Source: Candidatus Norongarragalinales archaeon (lineage in GTDB: Archaea; Micrarchaeota; Micrarchaeia; Norongarragalinales; Norongarragalinaceae). From it: 64,000 bases of DNA. The stretch spans positions 32,001 through 96,000 of the forward strand of contig JAWABJ010000001.1 of assembly GCA_038884755.1 (NCBI GenBank), in the 5' to 3' direction. The translations under genes and the position numbers were made by a program. Below the pieces are notes generated by a model. That model did no database searches, was not told the origin of the DNA, and saw only the letters and a list, made by a program, of their open reading frames with translations. This document shows, piece by piece, positions 17,418-28,598 of the stretch. Positions within the stretch are counted from its first letter, which is position 1. The number at the start of each line of letters is the position of its first letter.

Positions 17418-19456
17418 TTCTTTTCACTTTTTTCCGCCGGAGTCCAATTTCCCTTGCTCCAGTCTTTCTTGCTTTCGCAATTCGCCGTAAGGCACATTTC
17501 AAACGGCCGCCTGGCTTTTCTAATTACCGTAATTATGGGGGTGGAGCAAAACTGGCATTTTTTGCCTGTCGGCTTTACTAGCGCGTTTTTTGGCACTGAA
17601 AATGCGTTTTCGCATTCCGGGTAACGATTGCATGCAGCGAAAAGCCCGTATTTACCCCTGCGCAAGGCTATCTGCCCTTGCTTGCACTTGTTGCACTCGC
17701 CGAGTTCGCTCGCCTTGCGTTGAGTCTCGCCAACCGCTTCCTTGAGTTCGTTTCCGATTTCCTTTTCTTGCTTTTTAAAGTCCTTCAGGATTTTGCCCAG
17801 CACTCTCTTTCCTTCCTCTACCACTTCGTCCATCCGTTTTTTTTGCGTTTGAATTTCTTCCATTTCACCCTCGAAATGCCTCGTTAGGTCCGAGGATATT
17901 ATTTCGGGAACGTGGCGTTTCATCGCTTCGAAAACGCTCAGCCCCAGGGGTGTGACTTCAATGGATTTTCCGCTTACGTACTGCCTGTCGTAAAGCGTTT
18001 GGATGATTTCGGCGCGCGTCGCTTTCGTGCCCAGGTTTTCCGACTCTAACGCCTTGATTATGGATGCTTCAGTATAGCGTTGCGGGGGCTGCGTGAGTTT
18101 TTCGACCAACTCTAGCTTTTCTATGCTTACACTTTCGCCTTCGTCAAAATGCGGAAGTTGTTTTTCCTTCAACCGAAAGAAAGGCCCGTACACCTCAAAC
18201 CAGCCTTTTTCCGCAATCGTGACGCCATCCGCAACGTATTCTTCACTCCCGCCTTTCAGCGTTACCTTTTGCTTTTCGATTGAAGCGGGTTTTGAGAATG
18301 ACGCGAGGTACCTTCGCGCGATGAGCTCGTACAGCCGCAGGGCGTCTTTGCTCGCGTCAGGCGCCAAGCCCGTGGGGTGGATTGCCGGGTGCGCGGGATC
18401 GCTCTTGGGGCCTTCGTGGGGGGCAAAACGCTTTTCTTTAGCGAGCTGCTGGACGAAAGGCGCGAGGTGCTTTTGCAATTCCAGTTGCTTCATGATTTTC
18501 TCGTGGTTGAGCTTTGCCGGGAGCTTTTGCGAGGAAGTTCGCGGGTAGCTTATGGCTGCCGTTTCGTACAGTTCTTGCGCCAACTGCAGGGTTTTCGAAG
18601 GGGAAAGCCCTAGCGCAGCGTAAGCTTCCACTTGCAGGCTGGTAAGGTCGAAGGGGAATGGTTGCAGTTGCTTGACGCGCTTGCGTTCGATGCTTTTTAC
18701 CGCCGCGTTTTTGGAAGTGTTTTTTAACGCCGTTTCGGCGTCTTGTTTTTTCAGGAACCTTTCTTTCGCGTGGGTGAATTCCGTTCCTCTGGCGTGGGCG
18801 TACAGTTGCCAGTAAGGCGAGGGGACGAAACTCTTGATTTTCAGCTCGCGTTCCGAAAGCAAAGCCAGCGCGGGGCCCTGCACCCGCCCCATGCTGAGTA
18901 TCTTGAACCTCCCCGCGCTGCGCACCGCGCTCATCAGCGCGCGGGAAACATTTATTCCCCAAAGCCAGTCGAGAGTGTGCCTCGCTTGCCCCGCATCTAT
19001 GGTGGGGTCATCGAGGGGTTGGAGCGATGCATAAGATTCCTTCAGGTCTTCAGCCGTGAGGGTTGAAAAAAACATGCGCTTGGCTTTTTTTCCTTTCGCC
19101 AGAAACCGGATGATGTTCCCGCCGATGGTCGAGCCTTCGACGTCCCAGTCGCACGCGTTGACGACTTCAGACGCTTCTTTCGCCGTTTTTTTCAGCAGCG
19201 CGTGGTATTTTTTGGAAAAGTCGTTTTTCTTGTCTATTTCGAACGACGGAAGCCATTCGATTTCGAAAATAGGGTACCCTCCGCCCGGCGTTTTTTGTTT
19301 GAGCGAGAACAGGTGGCCGACCGCAGGCACCACGACCGCGTTTTTCTCGGGAATTTCGTAGTACGCAACGCCCCCGTGCGTTTTGCGCACAGGCTTTCCT
19401 AAAGCGAAAGCTATTTTTTCCGCTACCTTGGGCTTTTCCGCTATAATCAGTTGCAT
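17414..19456 (-). CDS. topA: DNA topoisomerase IA
   Basis: IIAEKP, ACDWDVEG, SMGRVQ, ISYPRT, GTKATR, C-terminal Zn ribbons. Confidence 0.97.
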   Translation of the reverse strand: MQLIIAEKPKVAEKIAFALGKPVRKTHGGVAYYEIPEKNAVVVPAVGHLFSLKQKTPGGGYPIFEIEWLPSFEIDKKNDFSKKYHALLKKTAKEASEVVNACDWDVEGSTIGGNIIRFLAKGKKAKRMFFSTLTAEDLKESYASLQPLDDPTIDAGQARHTLDWLWGINVSRALMSAVRSAGRFKILSMGRVQGPALALLSERELKIKSFVPSPYWQLYAHARGTEFTHAKERFLKKQDAETALKNTSKNAAVKSIERKRVKQLQPFPFDLTSLQVEAYAALGLSPSKTLQLAQELYETAAISYPRTSSQKLPAKLNHEKIMKQLELQKHLAPFVQQLAKEKRFAPHEGPKSDPAHPAIHPTGLAPDASKDALRLYELIARRYLASFSKPASIEKQKVTLKGGSEEYVADGVTIAEKGWFEVYGPFFRLKEKQLPHFDEGESVSIEKLELVEKLTQPPQRYTEASIIKALESENLGTKATRAEIIQTLYDRQYVSGKSIEVTPLGLSVFEAMKRHVPEIISSDLTRHFEGEMEEIQTQKKRMDEVVEEGKRVLGKILKDFKKQEKEIGNELKEAVGETQRKASELGECNKCKQGQIALRRGKYGLFAACNRYPECENAFSVPKNALVKPTGKKCQFCSTPIITVIRKARRPFEMCLTANCESKKDWSKGNWTPAEKSEKK

Positions 19457-19530
19457 AAACTCAAGTTTCAACCCTTCTCGTATTTAAAGCAGAAGCTTGG
19501 GGGGGAAAGCGGTCTTTCGGTTGTGCAGGT

Positions 19531-20265
19531 TCAAGACAACAGCGAGTATTTGCTCAGGTAAATCTGGACTTTCAAGACTTCCAAGAACGGCAGGACCACG
19601 AGCGATTGCGTGACGAGCGAGAGAAAGCGCGCCGCGGGCCAGGCTTTGCTTATTTCGATGAAAAGCCACGTGTTGATTATGAACAGCAGCGCGGCGACTG
19701 CGAGGAAAAGCGCAAAGTATGGCAGTTTCCTTCGAATCAGAGATACGCTTCTTGCAACTGAATGGCTTAGGCTGGTTTCTTCGAGAACCGCCGCTTGCGG
19801 CGCAAAGAGGACTATGGACGACACTACCAGCGCGAAGGCCGTTCCCCACACTTGCGGGATGCCGTATTCCGCTATGAGCAGGTTGAATCCTACTATCGCC
19901 GCGAATGCAGTTAGGAAAATGAAGAAAAGGTTGAACGTCGCCCCTTCGATGAGTTCGACGTCGCGGGAAGTGAGCCTGTTCAGAGTACGCTGGCTTTTCA
20001 CGACGACGTTTATCGACGCGATGGCGAACGCGAAGAACAACATTGAAATCAGCAGAGCGATTATTGTGACTAGGACGTCCGCCGCGCTCAAGTCGAGCTT
20101 TACGCTTCCGAGGCGGAGGAAAGTGCCGCTGAGAGCGACGAAGTTCGGCAAAAGCAGGGACAGCGGGAAAGATATCAGGAACGGGATGCTGAACGCCAAT
20201 ATTAGCTTGGAGTTTTTGAAGTAAGCGTCAACCGCGTGCAACAGTATTTCGGTAAAGCCGGACAC
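19531..20265 (-). CDS. Multi-pass membrane protein
   Basis: 244-aa hydrophobic ORF in line with neighbours. Confidence 0.75.
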   Translation of the reverse strand: MSGFTEILLHAVDAYFKNSKLILAFSIPFLISFPLSLLLPNFVALSGTFLRLGSVKLDLSAADVLVTIIALLISMLFFAFAIASINVVVKSQRTLNRLTSRDVELIEGATFNLFFIFLTAFAAIVGFNLLIAEYGIPQVWGTAFALVVSSIVLFAPQAAVLEETSLSHSVARSVSLIRRKLPYFALFLAVAALLFIINTWLFIEISKAWPAARFLSLVTQSLVVLPFLEVLKVQIYLSKYSLLS

Positions 20266-20301
20266 GTTTTATCCCGTTTTGAATTATGGTCTTCTTGTTT
20301 A

Positions 20302-21561
20302 TTAAAATGCCTTCGTGCCTTCGCCCACCAGGCAAGTCGCAAGGGCCTTGGAAACCACCGCTTCGAGAAAAACGCCCGCCTCGGCTTTCGGAAGTATCAC
20401 CGGCCTGTAGTCTTTCGTGCGGGAGAGAAAGCCGTTCTTGGTTTTTTCAGTGACCAAAACCCTTTCCCTTGCGCCGACAAACCGCTTGTTTTTTTTCTCG
20501 AGAATTTTTCTCGCCAGCGCGCTGGCTATTTCGCTCCTACTCTTTACTTCAGAGTTTTTGATTTGCTCGAGTCTTGCCGCGGGCGTTTTCGGGCGCGCCG
20601 AGTATTTCGAAACGTTCACCACATCGAATTCCGCCCATTGCAGGAAGCCGAGCGTTCGCCCGAAGTCCTCTTCAGTTTCGGTAGGATAGCCGACGATGAC
20701 GTCAGTCGCGAGCATTGCGTCGGGAAAAGCGTTTTTGATGGACTGGATGGCTTGTTTTGCCTGCTCAGCGCTATACCCCCTACGCATGTGCTTCAAAACC
20801 GAGTCGCTGCCGCTTTGTATTGCTATATGAAAGAATTTGTACAGCTTTTCGTTTTGCGCGAAAACGCGAATCAGGTCTTTTTCCATGCGCAGGAAATGCT
20901 GCGGGTTGCACATTCCCACCCTAACCCGAAAATCCCCTTCGATTTCGCAAATCCTTTCGAGCAGTTGCGGTAATGCAACTCCACAGTCCAGGCCGTACGC
21001 TCCGGTGTCTTGCGAAGTGAGCTGGATTTCCTTGGCGCCTTGCGCCACGACTCGCGCGACAGCCTCGACGATTTCGCGCGGGCGGTAGCTTTTCACCCCC
21101 CCGCGCGCGAGTTTAGTCGAGCAAAAAGTGCAGGCGGAAGCACAGCCGGAGTTTATTTGGATTCGCGCGAAAATGCCGTCCGCAAAAGGCGCGAGCGCGG
21201 GAATGCCGTTGTTTTTCGTCGCAACCGTTTTCTTTCCCGCGAATGCGTTTTCCACCGCCTCTACGATGCTTGCCTGCGAAAACGTTCCGACTAGCGAGGC
21301 TGAAGGGTTGCTTTTAGCTACAATCGCTGGCGCCGCCTGAACCAGGCATCCTGCCACGACCAGCGGCTTCGCCGTGTGCGAAACCTTGTACAGGATCTTT
21401 TGCTGAGTCGCGTCCTTGACGCTGCAAGTGTTCAGCACCACCACGTCTGCCGCGTCTTCGCTTTCAGCTATTTCGTGCTCGTGCTCTTTAAGCGTCAAAG
21501 CCATCCTGTCGCTGTCCGCCTGGTTGAAAGTGCACCCGTAAGTCCTGATGAAAACCTTCAT
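20302..21561 (-). CDS. tRNA methylthiotransferase (MiaB/MtaB-like radical SAM)
   Basis: TYGCTFNQADS, NTCSVK, CASACTFC, TRAM-like C-terminus. Confidence 0.93.
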   Translation of the reverse strand: MKVFIRTYGCTFNQADSDRMALTLKEHEHEIAESEDAADVVVLNTCSVKDATQQKILYKVSHTAKPLVVAGCLVQAAPAIVAKSNPSASLVGTFSQASIVEAVENAFAGKKTVATKNNGIPALAPFADGIFARIQINSGCASACTFCSTKLARGGVKSYRPREIVEAVARVVAQGAKEIQLTSQDTGAYGLDCGVALPQLLERICEIEGDFRVRVGMCNPQHFLRMEKDLIRVFAQNEKLYKFFHIAIQSGSDSVLKHMRRGYSAEQAKQAIQSIKNAFPDAMLATDVIVGYPTETEEDFGRTLGFLQWAEFDVVNVSKYSARPKTPAARLEQIKNSEVKSRSEIASALARKILEKKNKRFVGARERVLVTEKTKNGFLSRTKDYRPVILPKAEAGVFLEAVVSKALATCLVGEGTKAF

Positions 21562-21683
21562 TCTGCTCCCTTGCATTATGAAATAAGACTTGCGAGAAAG
21601 CATTAAAAACTCTTTCAGACATGTTTTATTTCCGAGAATCTAATTCTCGATTATTCTTTGGAAATTAAAAGGTTAGAAAAATC

Positions 21684-21884
21684 ATGGTTAAAGCCGCCAA
21701 GAATTTCGTTTGCGAGCGCTGCAAGCGCGAGAGCGCTTTCGCGCAAGAGTGCGCTTATTGCTCGCGAAAAATCTGCCGAGCTTGCGAGAAAAGTTCCGCC
21801 ACGCATAGCAAGATTTTGCGCAGCGCGATTTGCAAGAGCTGCTGGGGAGACTTGAAAAAACGGACGCGCTTCAAGAGCCTTTAA
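21684..21884 (+). CDS. Small Zn-finger protein (four CxxC)
   Basis: CERC, CAYC, CRAC, CKSC. Confidence 0.75.
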   Translation: MVKAAKNFVCERCKRESAFAQECAYCSRKICRACEKSSATHSKILRSAICKSCWGDLKKRTRFKSL

Positions 21885-21945
21885 ATTCCCGTAGCCTTAA
21901 ACTCTATTCTGGATTTTTTTAGTTTCTATTAGTTCAGGTGGGAGT

Positions 21946-22908
21946 TTGGGCAAGACTGATTTCGAGCCGTGGGTGGAAAAGTACCGTCCCCGTAAGCTGA
22001 GGGACATTATCGGGCACAAGCCAATCGTAGAGCGTTTGGAACATTTCGTTAAAAGCAAGAATCTTCCCAACATGCTTTTCGCCGGGCGCGCGGGAATAGG
22101 GAAAACAACCGCGGCGCTGGCACTGGCGAACGAGCTTTACGGGGAAGACATTTCCCAGTGTTTTGCCGAACTCAATGCCAGCGACGAGCGCGGGATTGAC
22201 GTCGTGAGGGGCAAAATCAAGGACTTCGCGCGCTCGATTCCGTTGGCTTCTGTCGATTTCAAAATCATCCTTCTCGACGAGGCTGATTCGCTCACGCCCG
22301 ACGCTCAGCAGGCGTTGCGGAGGACAATGGAGGCGTACTCGAAAAACTGCCGTTTCATTCTGTCGTGCAACTACTCTTCGCGCATTATCGAGCCGATACA
22401 ATCGCGCTGCGCCGTATTCCGTTTCAAAAGCCTCGAGGATTCCGAAATCAAGGGGATAGTCGAGGAGATTGCGAAAAAGGAAGCGGTCGGCATGGACGGC
22501 AAGGCGCTTGAGGCGATCGCGTACGTTTCGGAAGGCGATGCGCGGAAGGCAATCAATTGCCTTCAGGGCAGTGCGGAGAAAGGGAAGATAACCGACGAGC
22601 GGGTTTTCGAGGTTTCCAGCCGCGCGAGGCCCAAGGAAATCGCGGAGATGGTCGAGCTTGCGCTCAAGGGAAAATTCGGCGAAGCGCGCGGCCATTTGAA
22701 TACCGTGATGGTGAAGTACGCGATGAGCGGCGAGGACGTTTTGAACCAGATTTACCGCGAAGTCATCGCCCTGCCAGTTCCGGACGAATTGAAGGTGCAG
22801 CTGGTGGACCGCATCGGCGAGTACGATTTTCGGATGAGCCAAGGTGCGGACGAGAGAATTCAGCTTGAAGCGCTTTTGGCGCAGATAATGCTCTTTGGCA
22901 AAAAGTAA
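21946..22908 (+). CDS. rfcS: Replication factor C small subunit
   Basis: PWVEKYRP, GIGKT, ELNASDERG, DEAD, SRC. Confidence 0.97.
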   Translation: MGKTDFEPWVEKYRPRKLRDIIGHKPIVERLEHFVKSKNLPNMLFAGRAGIGKTTAALALANELYGEDISQCFAELNASDERGIDVVRGKIKDFARSIPLASVDFKIILLDEADSLTPDAQQALRRTMEAYSKNCRFILSCNYSSRIIEPIQSRCAVFRFKSLEDSEIKGIVEEIAKKEAVGMDGKALEAIAYVSEGDARKAINCLQGSAEKGKITDERVFEVSSRARPKEIAEMVELALKGKFGEARGHLNTVMVKYAMSGEDVLNQIYREVIALPVPDELKVQLVDRIGEYDFRMSQGADERIQLEALLAQIMLFGKK

Positions 22909-22953
22909 AAAGGCGGCTTTCCCTTCTTTTTATTTTCCGGGGGAAAAGCTGCG

Positions 22954-23253
22954 TTGGGAATTTCCGAGGCTTTGCATTACGCGCACGCGCTGCACATGCT
23001 TCACTACCAGAAGGAAAAGCGCGAGCGCAAGCTGGAGGAGAAAAAGCGCAAGCTGGTGAAAATAAAAGTAAAGCTCAAGGACAATCTCGACGCTTTTTTG
23101 CAGGGAAAGCAGGCGAGGGTAAGCGGGTTGAGCCGCGCTTTCTTGCGGCAGGCGCTTGCGGTGAGCGAGGAAAAGAAAAAACTCGATGCCTTGAAGGCAA
23201 GGCTGGCGTCGGCAAAAAAAGCGAGTTTTGGCTCGTCGTTGAGGCGGCAGTAG
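22954..23253 (+). CDS. Basic coiled-coil hypothetical protein
   Basis: 99-aa Lys-rich ORF. Confidence 0.5.
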   Translation: MGISEALHYAHALHMLHYQKEKRERKLEEKKRKLVKIKVKLKDNLDAFLQGKQARVSGLSRAFLRQALAVSEEKKKLDALKARLASAKKASFGSSLRRQ

Positions 23254-23747
23254 AAACTCTTTTAAAAGCCGGCAGTATAGTGTATTCATACCTAAACCCT
23301 TGAAAGGTTGGAAATAATGAGCCTAGACGAAATAGCACGACAATTCGGCAGAATCTATACTGTTATTGCTTTTCGCTGGGGCCTCTTGAACGTCAAGCTC
23401 GTGCACTTCAAGAGATCTAAGTCCAAGGACACCTTTTGAGGGGATGAAAGCTCTTCGGTTTTTGAGAAAAAAACCTGCTGACCCTTTTTGGATGGGAGTT
23501 TTCAAGAAAATCTTCCGGATGCAAATCTTGTTCAGCTTAAGCTTGGAATAGCGTAAAGTTTAGGCTGGTGTTTAGAGACTGTGGTGCGAGAGACACGAGC
23601 AACCCCAAGGAGGCAATTCCAGAAGACGCTAATGTGCCCAGTCTTCCCGCAACCACTCTGTGCAAAATTCGGAAAGATTAATTATCCATTATTTACGCCT
23701 TTATAAGCGTTTCGCTTATTGTCGTAGGGGGGGTTTTTGGGTTGTTT

Positions 23748-25616
23748 TTAGGCGATTTCTTTCTTGATTTTGGAAAGCAAGGCGTTTTTCTTCTTTCCTT
23801 CCTTTAAAGCGACACTCAAAACGTCGTAAATGTCTTTCGCGGGAATGATTTCAATGCGCTTGAGCTGCTCTTCACTCAGCACCACGTCGTCCTTGTTGGC
23901 GTAAGGCACTACGGCTTTCTTCAAACCCGCTTCTATTGCCGCTTCGACTTTCTGTGTAACTCCTCCTACTGGCAAAACCGCGCCCCGCACGCTCAGCGAG
24001 CCTGTCAACGCAACGTCTTGCCTTATGGGCGCTTCTTCCAACGCGGAAATGACCGCAGTCGCAACGCTCACGCTTGCGCTGTCGCCTTCAACGCCTTCGT
24101 AAGTCTGCAGAAACTGGATGTGAATGTCGAAAGAAGAAGTGTCTTTGCCGGTATGCCTCTTGATTATTGCCGAAACGTTTTCAACCGCTTCTTTTGCTAT
24201 GTCCCCGAGTTTTCCTGTCGCTATCGTCTTTCCTTCTTCCCGGGAGCTGGCTGGCGCGACTTCTGCGACTATTGGCAGTACAATTCCACTGTCGCCCATT
24301 ACCGCCAAGCCATTTACCTTGCCGACTTGCGCGCCGGTGGTTGTGAACACCCTGTATTCCTTGCGCATTTCAACCGCTTGCTTGGCCATTTGTTGTTCGA
24401 GCGTTTGCGCTATGCCTTTTGCCTTGAAAACGTGTTTTGCGCTTGCGAGCGCAGCGCCTTCTTCAAGCGCAACGTCCCCCGTAGCGCGTATCAATCCGCC
24501 CAGTTCGCGGAGCTTGAGCGTAAGCTTGTTTTTTCGTCCGCTGCGTTTTCTAGCTTCCTGGATTATTTCCTCTATTGCCGAAGCGTCGAAGTGCGGGATT
24601 TTCCCGTCCTTAGCTATTTCCTGCGCTATGAACTGCACGAGCTTACCTTCGTTTTCGGCGTTGTCTTCAATCGACTCTTCCATGTACACTTCGTAGCCGT
24701 ACCCGCGAATGCGCGAGCGGATTGCCGGATGCATGCGCTGCAAATCGCTGTAGTTTCCTGCGGCGACCAGCACGAAGTCGCAAGGCACCGGCTCTGTCCT
24801 GACTTGCGCTCCGGACGAGAGTTCGCTTTGTCCGGTTATCGAGTATTTCTTTTCCTGCATTGCCGTAAGCAGTTCCTGTTGGCTGCGCGGGGAAAGTGCG
24901 GAAACTTCATCTATGAACAAAACTCCTCCGTTGGCCTTGTGTATGAACCCCGCGTCTACGCGCAAGTGCGCTGGAGTTCCCAAACCCCCGCTTTGCAGGG
25001 GGTCGTGCTTTACGTCTCCGAGAAGCGCGCCGGCGCGTGCGCCGGTTGCTTCGACGAAAGGCGCGTTTTTCTTTCCGGAATTGTCGATGAGCAGCTTGGG
25101 GCCCAGCGCTTCACCGAAAAGCCTGCTTCTTCCAAGTTGCATTCCTACCGCTACGATGCCGCTTACTATGAAAAGTCCGATGAGCAGCGCTGCGGTGATG
25201 ACGTCCCCCCACTGTTGCCTTCCGAACGAAAGCAGGAAGAACGAGGAAAGAAAGAGGATGAGGATGATTACGAGGTTGAAGTTGTTGCTCGGAACGCGCA
25301 TTCTTTCTTGCTCTATTATCTTCCTTCCTTCGCCGGCCTTGACCACCCTTATTCTCGGTATGTTAGAGTCTTCCTCGTTGGCGTAGACCAGCACGTCTTT
25401 CAATTCGGCGGCGGGCACTAGTTCGCTCATCGCTTGTGCGAGCATTGACTTACCCGTGCCAGGCGTTCCAATCAAAAGCACGTTGCGCTTTTGCCTAGCT
25501 GCTTTTTTTATTATCGCTACGGCGTTCTCTTGGCCTATCACCCTGTCTACCGTCCTTTCGGGAACTTTCACTTGTGACGTGTCCTTCACTTTCAAGGCGG
25601 TTTTGAGTTTAGCCAT
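23748..25616 (-). CDS. lonB: Membrane-anchored ATP-dependent protease LonB
   Basis: [10 protein letters not shown] insert, [18 protein letters not shown], Ser-Lys dyad. Confidence 0.96.
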   Translation of the reverse strand: MAKLKTALKVKDTSQVKVPERTVDRVIGQENAVAIIKKAARQKRNVLLIGTPGTGKSMLAQAMSELVPAAELKDVLVYANEEDSNIPRIRVVKAGEGRKIIEQERMRVPSNNFNLVIILILFLSSFFLLSFGRQQWGDVITAALLIGLFIVSGIVAVGMQLGRSRLFGEALGPKLLIDNSGKKNAPFVEATGARAGALLGDVKHDPLQSGGLGTPAHLRVDAGFIHKANGGVLFIDEVSALSPRSQQELLTAMQEKKYSITGQSELSSGAQVRTEPVPCDFVLVAAGNYSDLQRMHPAIRSRIRGYGYEVYMEESIEDNAENEGKLVQFIAQEIAKDGKIPHFDASAIEEIIQEARKRSGRKNKLTLKLRELGGLIRATGDVALEEGAALASAKHVFKAKGIAQTLEQQMAKQAVEMRKEYRVFTTTGAQVGKVNGLAVMGDSGIVLPIVAEVAPASSREEGKTIATGKLGDIAKEAVENVSAIIKRHTGKDTSSFDIHIQFLQTYEGVEGDSASVSVATAVISALEEAPIRQDVALTGSLSVRGAVLPVGGVTQKVEAAIEAGLKKAVVPYANKDDVVLSEEQLKRIEIIPAKDIYDVLSVALKEGKKKNALLSKIKKEIA

Positions 25617-25714
25617 TTGCAATCCCAACATAAAATAAGCTTGCCAAACTTATTTCTTGAAGTCTTTTAATTAAATGCTTCCGTGCCTTAATCGTTTTTT
25701 GGATTGTGAGGAAA

Positions 25715-26599
25715 ATGATGCGCTTGGTGGTTTTGGGAAGCGGAGGGTCCATGCCCACAAAAGACACTCTGCCGGCCGGGTTCGCGTTCAAGTACGGCGG
25801 GGTGTATTTATTCGATTGTCCGGAAGCAGCGCAAGTGCAGCTGTTGAGGTGCGGCGTGGGTTTTGGCGTAGATGCGATCTTCCTTTCGCACTTGCACGCA
25901 GACCATTTCCTGGGGTTGTTCGGGCTGGTGCAGAGCATGGGGCTCTTGGGGCGGAAAGAAGAGCTCAAGATTTTCGGGCCCAAGGGTACGAATGAGTTCT
26001 TGTCGAAAATCTTTTCCCTGCCGCACTTGCGCCCGGTTTTTCCTATCGCTATTAAAGACGTTTCTTCCGGCGTTTTCTTCAAAACGCCTTTGTTTTCCGT
26101 GAAGGCTTTTGCGGTTAAGCACAACTGCCCTGCGCTTGGCTACGCGCTGCAAGAGCCGTCGAAGTGGAATTTCGACGAGAAAAAAGCGAAGTTGCTGGGC
26201 GTGCGCGGGAAATTGTTTTCCGACCTGCTAGCGCGCGGGAAAGTGAAAATCGGGAGGAAGACCGTGAAGCTCGAGGACGTCGCTTGTGAGAGGCAGGGAA
26301 AGAAAATAGTTTTCACTGGAGATTCCTTGCCGTGCAGGGAAATCGTGAAAAACGCCGAGAACGCCGACTTGCTTGTGCACGATTCTTGCTTCGCTTCTGC
26401 TGAAGAGGGGGCGGCGAAGGAAAAGTTTCATTCCACTTCGCGGCAGGCTGCGCAGACGGCGTCGAAGGCGAAGGTGAAAAAACTCTTGCTTTCGCACGTG
26501 AGCAACCGTTACGAGGACCGGAGCGTGGTGCTGCGTGAGGCTAAGGAAGTTTTTCCGGACAGCGTGATGGCTAAGGAAGGCATGGAATTATTTATTTGA
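25715..26599 (+). CDS. rnz: Ribonuclease Z
   Basis: LGSGGSMP, HLHADH, GDS, HST, SHVSNRY. Confidence 0.93.
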   Translation: MMRLVVLGSGGSMPTKDTLPAGFAFKYGGVYLFDCPEAAQVQLLRCGVGFGVDAIFLSHLHADHFLGLFGLVQSMGLLGRKEELKIFGPKGTNEFLSKIFSLPHLRPVFPIAIKDVSSGVFFKTPLFSVKAFAVKHNCPALGYALQEPSKWNFDEKKAKLLGVRGKLFSDLLARGKVKIGRKTVKLEDVACERQGKKIVFTGDSLPCREIVKNAENADLLVHDSCFASAEEGAAKEKFHSTSRQAAQTASKAKVKKLLLSHVSNRYEDRSVVLREAKEVFPDSVMAKEGMELFI

Positions 26600-26626
26600 A
26601 TCCCTTCTTTTTTCGGTGCGTTTGCA

Positions 26627-27115
26627 ATGGAACGGAATGAAATCGCTTTAGCAGCAATAGTCGTTTTGGTTGTTTTCGCCGCCGTGTTTTTTTTCCTTTC
26701 GGAAAAAAGCAAGTCGGGCGAGACGCTAGTGGAAAACAGCCTTTTGGTAAAGTCGGGCGATCCGGTGGGTGAAATCCAAAAGCGCATTCCCGAAAAGCGG
26801 GTTTTGATAGAGCAACGGCTTTTCGAGGGGAACAGCTCGAAAAACTCGGTTGTCACCATAATGTCTTCCGAAATAGCGAGGAGCCTGGCGTTGAGAAGGC
26901 TCAACGTTTCCGTATATGCCGTAGTCGAAGGCGGGGAGAACGTTTGTTTTGACACCGACTGCACCGGCGCGAGCGTGGCGGTGCAAATCGGAGAATGCAA
27001 TTGCGTGCGTTTCGACGAAACGCGCGTGATAGTGGAAGGGGACGAAAAGTTTTTGGTGGACCAGAGCGTGAGGGTGGGAAGGCTTCTTGGTTTTGCGGTT
27101 TTGAAGAGGGCGTGA
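26627..27115 (+). CDS. Membrane-anchored hypothetical protein
   Basis: N-terminal TM, four Cys; between rnz and pheS. Confidence 0.7.
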   Translation: MERNEIALAAIVVLVVFAAVFFFLSEKSKSGETLVENSLLVKSGDPVGEIQKRIPEKRVLIEQRLFEGNSSKNSVVTIMSSEIARSLALRRLNVSVYAVVEGGENVCFDTDCTGASVAVQIGECNCVRFDETRVIVEGDEKFLVDQSVRVGRLLGFAVLKRA

Positions 27116-27119
27116 AGAT

Positions 27120-28595
27120 ATGCTCAAGGAACTGGAAAAAAGCGTGTTGTCGAAAGTCCAGGAAAAAAGGGAGGCGGTGGAACTAGCGAAGCTGTGCGGC
27201 GTTCCCTTGTCTTCGGTGATGAGCGCGGTGGAAAGCTTGCGCGAAAGGGGTTTTGTAGCGACCGAAGTTCACGCTTCGTTCGAGTATGCCTTGACCCAAG
27301 AGGGTGCGGAAAGCGCGGTCAAGGGACTGCCTGAGGAAAAGCTCGCCCAGGCGCTGTCGAAAACCAAGAGTTCTTCAATCCAGGAATTAAAGGAAGCGCT
27401 GGCTTCGAAAAGCCCTTTGGAAGGCGGGCTTTCTCCCGAAGAGTTCGGCATCGCGCTGCAGTGGGCTAAGGCGCTTTCGCTCGTTGAAATAAGGCAGGGC
27501 TCGCTTGCGTACCGCTCGCCAGTGTCGCCCCACGCTTTGCTTTTGGAAAAAATCGGCAAGGGAACCGCTCAATCCGGTCTTTCCGAAGCTGAGTTGAAGG
27601 TTTTCGGCGAGTTGGAAAAAAGAAAGCTCGCCGAGCGGAAGGTTTTGAAGAAAGTTTTCGTGCAAGCCACGCCTTCGGGCGTCAAGGCGTTGCAGGAAGA
27701 GCGCGGCGACGTGATTACGCAATTAACTCCCCAGTTGTTGAAAACGCGCGGTTGGGAGGGTAAGAAATTCGCTCCTTATGACGTTTCGTCTCTCCACTCG
27801 ACTGGATTTTTGTACGGAAAAAAACACGCTTACAAGCAACTGCTTTTGGAAATAAGGCAAAAGCTCGTGGGTATGGGTTTCGTGGAAGAACACGGGCCGT
27901 TGGTTGAATTGGAATTCTGGAACATGGACGCTTTATTCATGGCGCAAGACCATCCTGCACGCGAGATACACGACGTTTTCCAAATCGAAGACCCGGCGCG
28001 CGGGGAGATTCTCGAAAAAAAGCTTTTGGAGAGCGTGCGCTCTGCGCACGAGAAGGGTTTGGACGGAAGCAAGGGCTGGCGTTACAAGTGGGACCCTGAA
28101 ATTTCGACGAGGTTGGTGTTGAGGTCTCACACCACGCCCGTTTCCGCCCGCAATCTCTATAAAGGCGTGAAGCCGCCTCAACGGATTTTCTGTGTAGGTC
28201 GGGTTTTCCGGCCGGATGAAATCGACTGGAAGCATTTCATCGAATTCAACCAATGCGAGGGCATAGTAATGGACGAGAGCATGAGCTTCCGTGAATTGCT
28301 GGGTTATCTGAAGGAATTCGCACTCGAAGTTTTCGGGGCAAAGGAAGTGCGCTTTGCACCTTCTTATTTTCCTTTCACCGAGCCGAGCGTGGAGCTTATG
28401 GCTAAAATCCCGGGCAAAGGCTGGGCTGAAGTGGGCGGAGCGGGAATGTTCAGGCCGGAAATGCTTAAAGCGTTGGGCGTCAATGTCCCAGTGTTAGCGT
28501 GGGGCTTGGGCATCGACCGTTTGGCGATGATTAAACTTGGGTTAAAGGACATACGCGATTTGTTCACCCAGGACTTGTCGAAGTTGAGGGCGTAA
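27120..28595 (+). CDS. pheS: Phenylalanyl-tRNA synthetase alpha subunit
   Basis: HPAREIHD, LRSHTT, YFPFTEPS, AWGLGIDR. Confidence 0.97.
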   Translation: MLKELEKSVLSKVQEKREAVELAKLCGVPLSSVMSAVESLRERGFVATEVHASFEYALTQEGAESAVKGLPEEKLAQALSKTKSSSIQELKEALASKSPLEGGLSPEEFGIALQWAKALSLVEIRQGSLAYRSPVSPHALLLEKIGKGTAQSGLSEAELKVFGELEKRKLAERKVLKKVFVQATPSGVKALQEERGDVITQLTPQLLKTRGWEGKKFAPYDVSSLHSTGFLYGKKHAYKQLLLEIRQKLVGMGFVEEHGPLVELEFWNMDALFMAQDHPAREIHDVFQIEDPARGEILEKKLLESVRSAHEKGLDGSKGWRYKWDPEISTRLVLRSHTTPVSARNLYKGVKPPQRIFCVGRVFRPDEIDWKHFIEFNQCEGIVMDESMSFRELLGYLKEFALEVFGAKEVRFAPSYFPFTEPSVELMAKIPGKGWAEVGGAGMFRPEMLKALGVNVPVLAWGLGIDRLAMIKLGLKDIRDLFTQDLSKLRA

Positions 28596-28598
28596 AAA

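Noticed and set aside
23601..23614. AACCCCAAGGAGGC also present inverted at 14415-14428
   Set aside because: A single 14-mer match is expected by chance in 64 kb
24018..25421. Long antisense ORFs (also 21934-22842, 31994-33109, 53399-54370, 59028-60110)
   Set aside because: Opposite well-supported genes and without motifs; expected from codon bias
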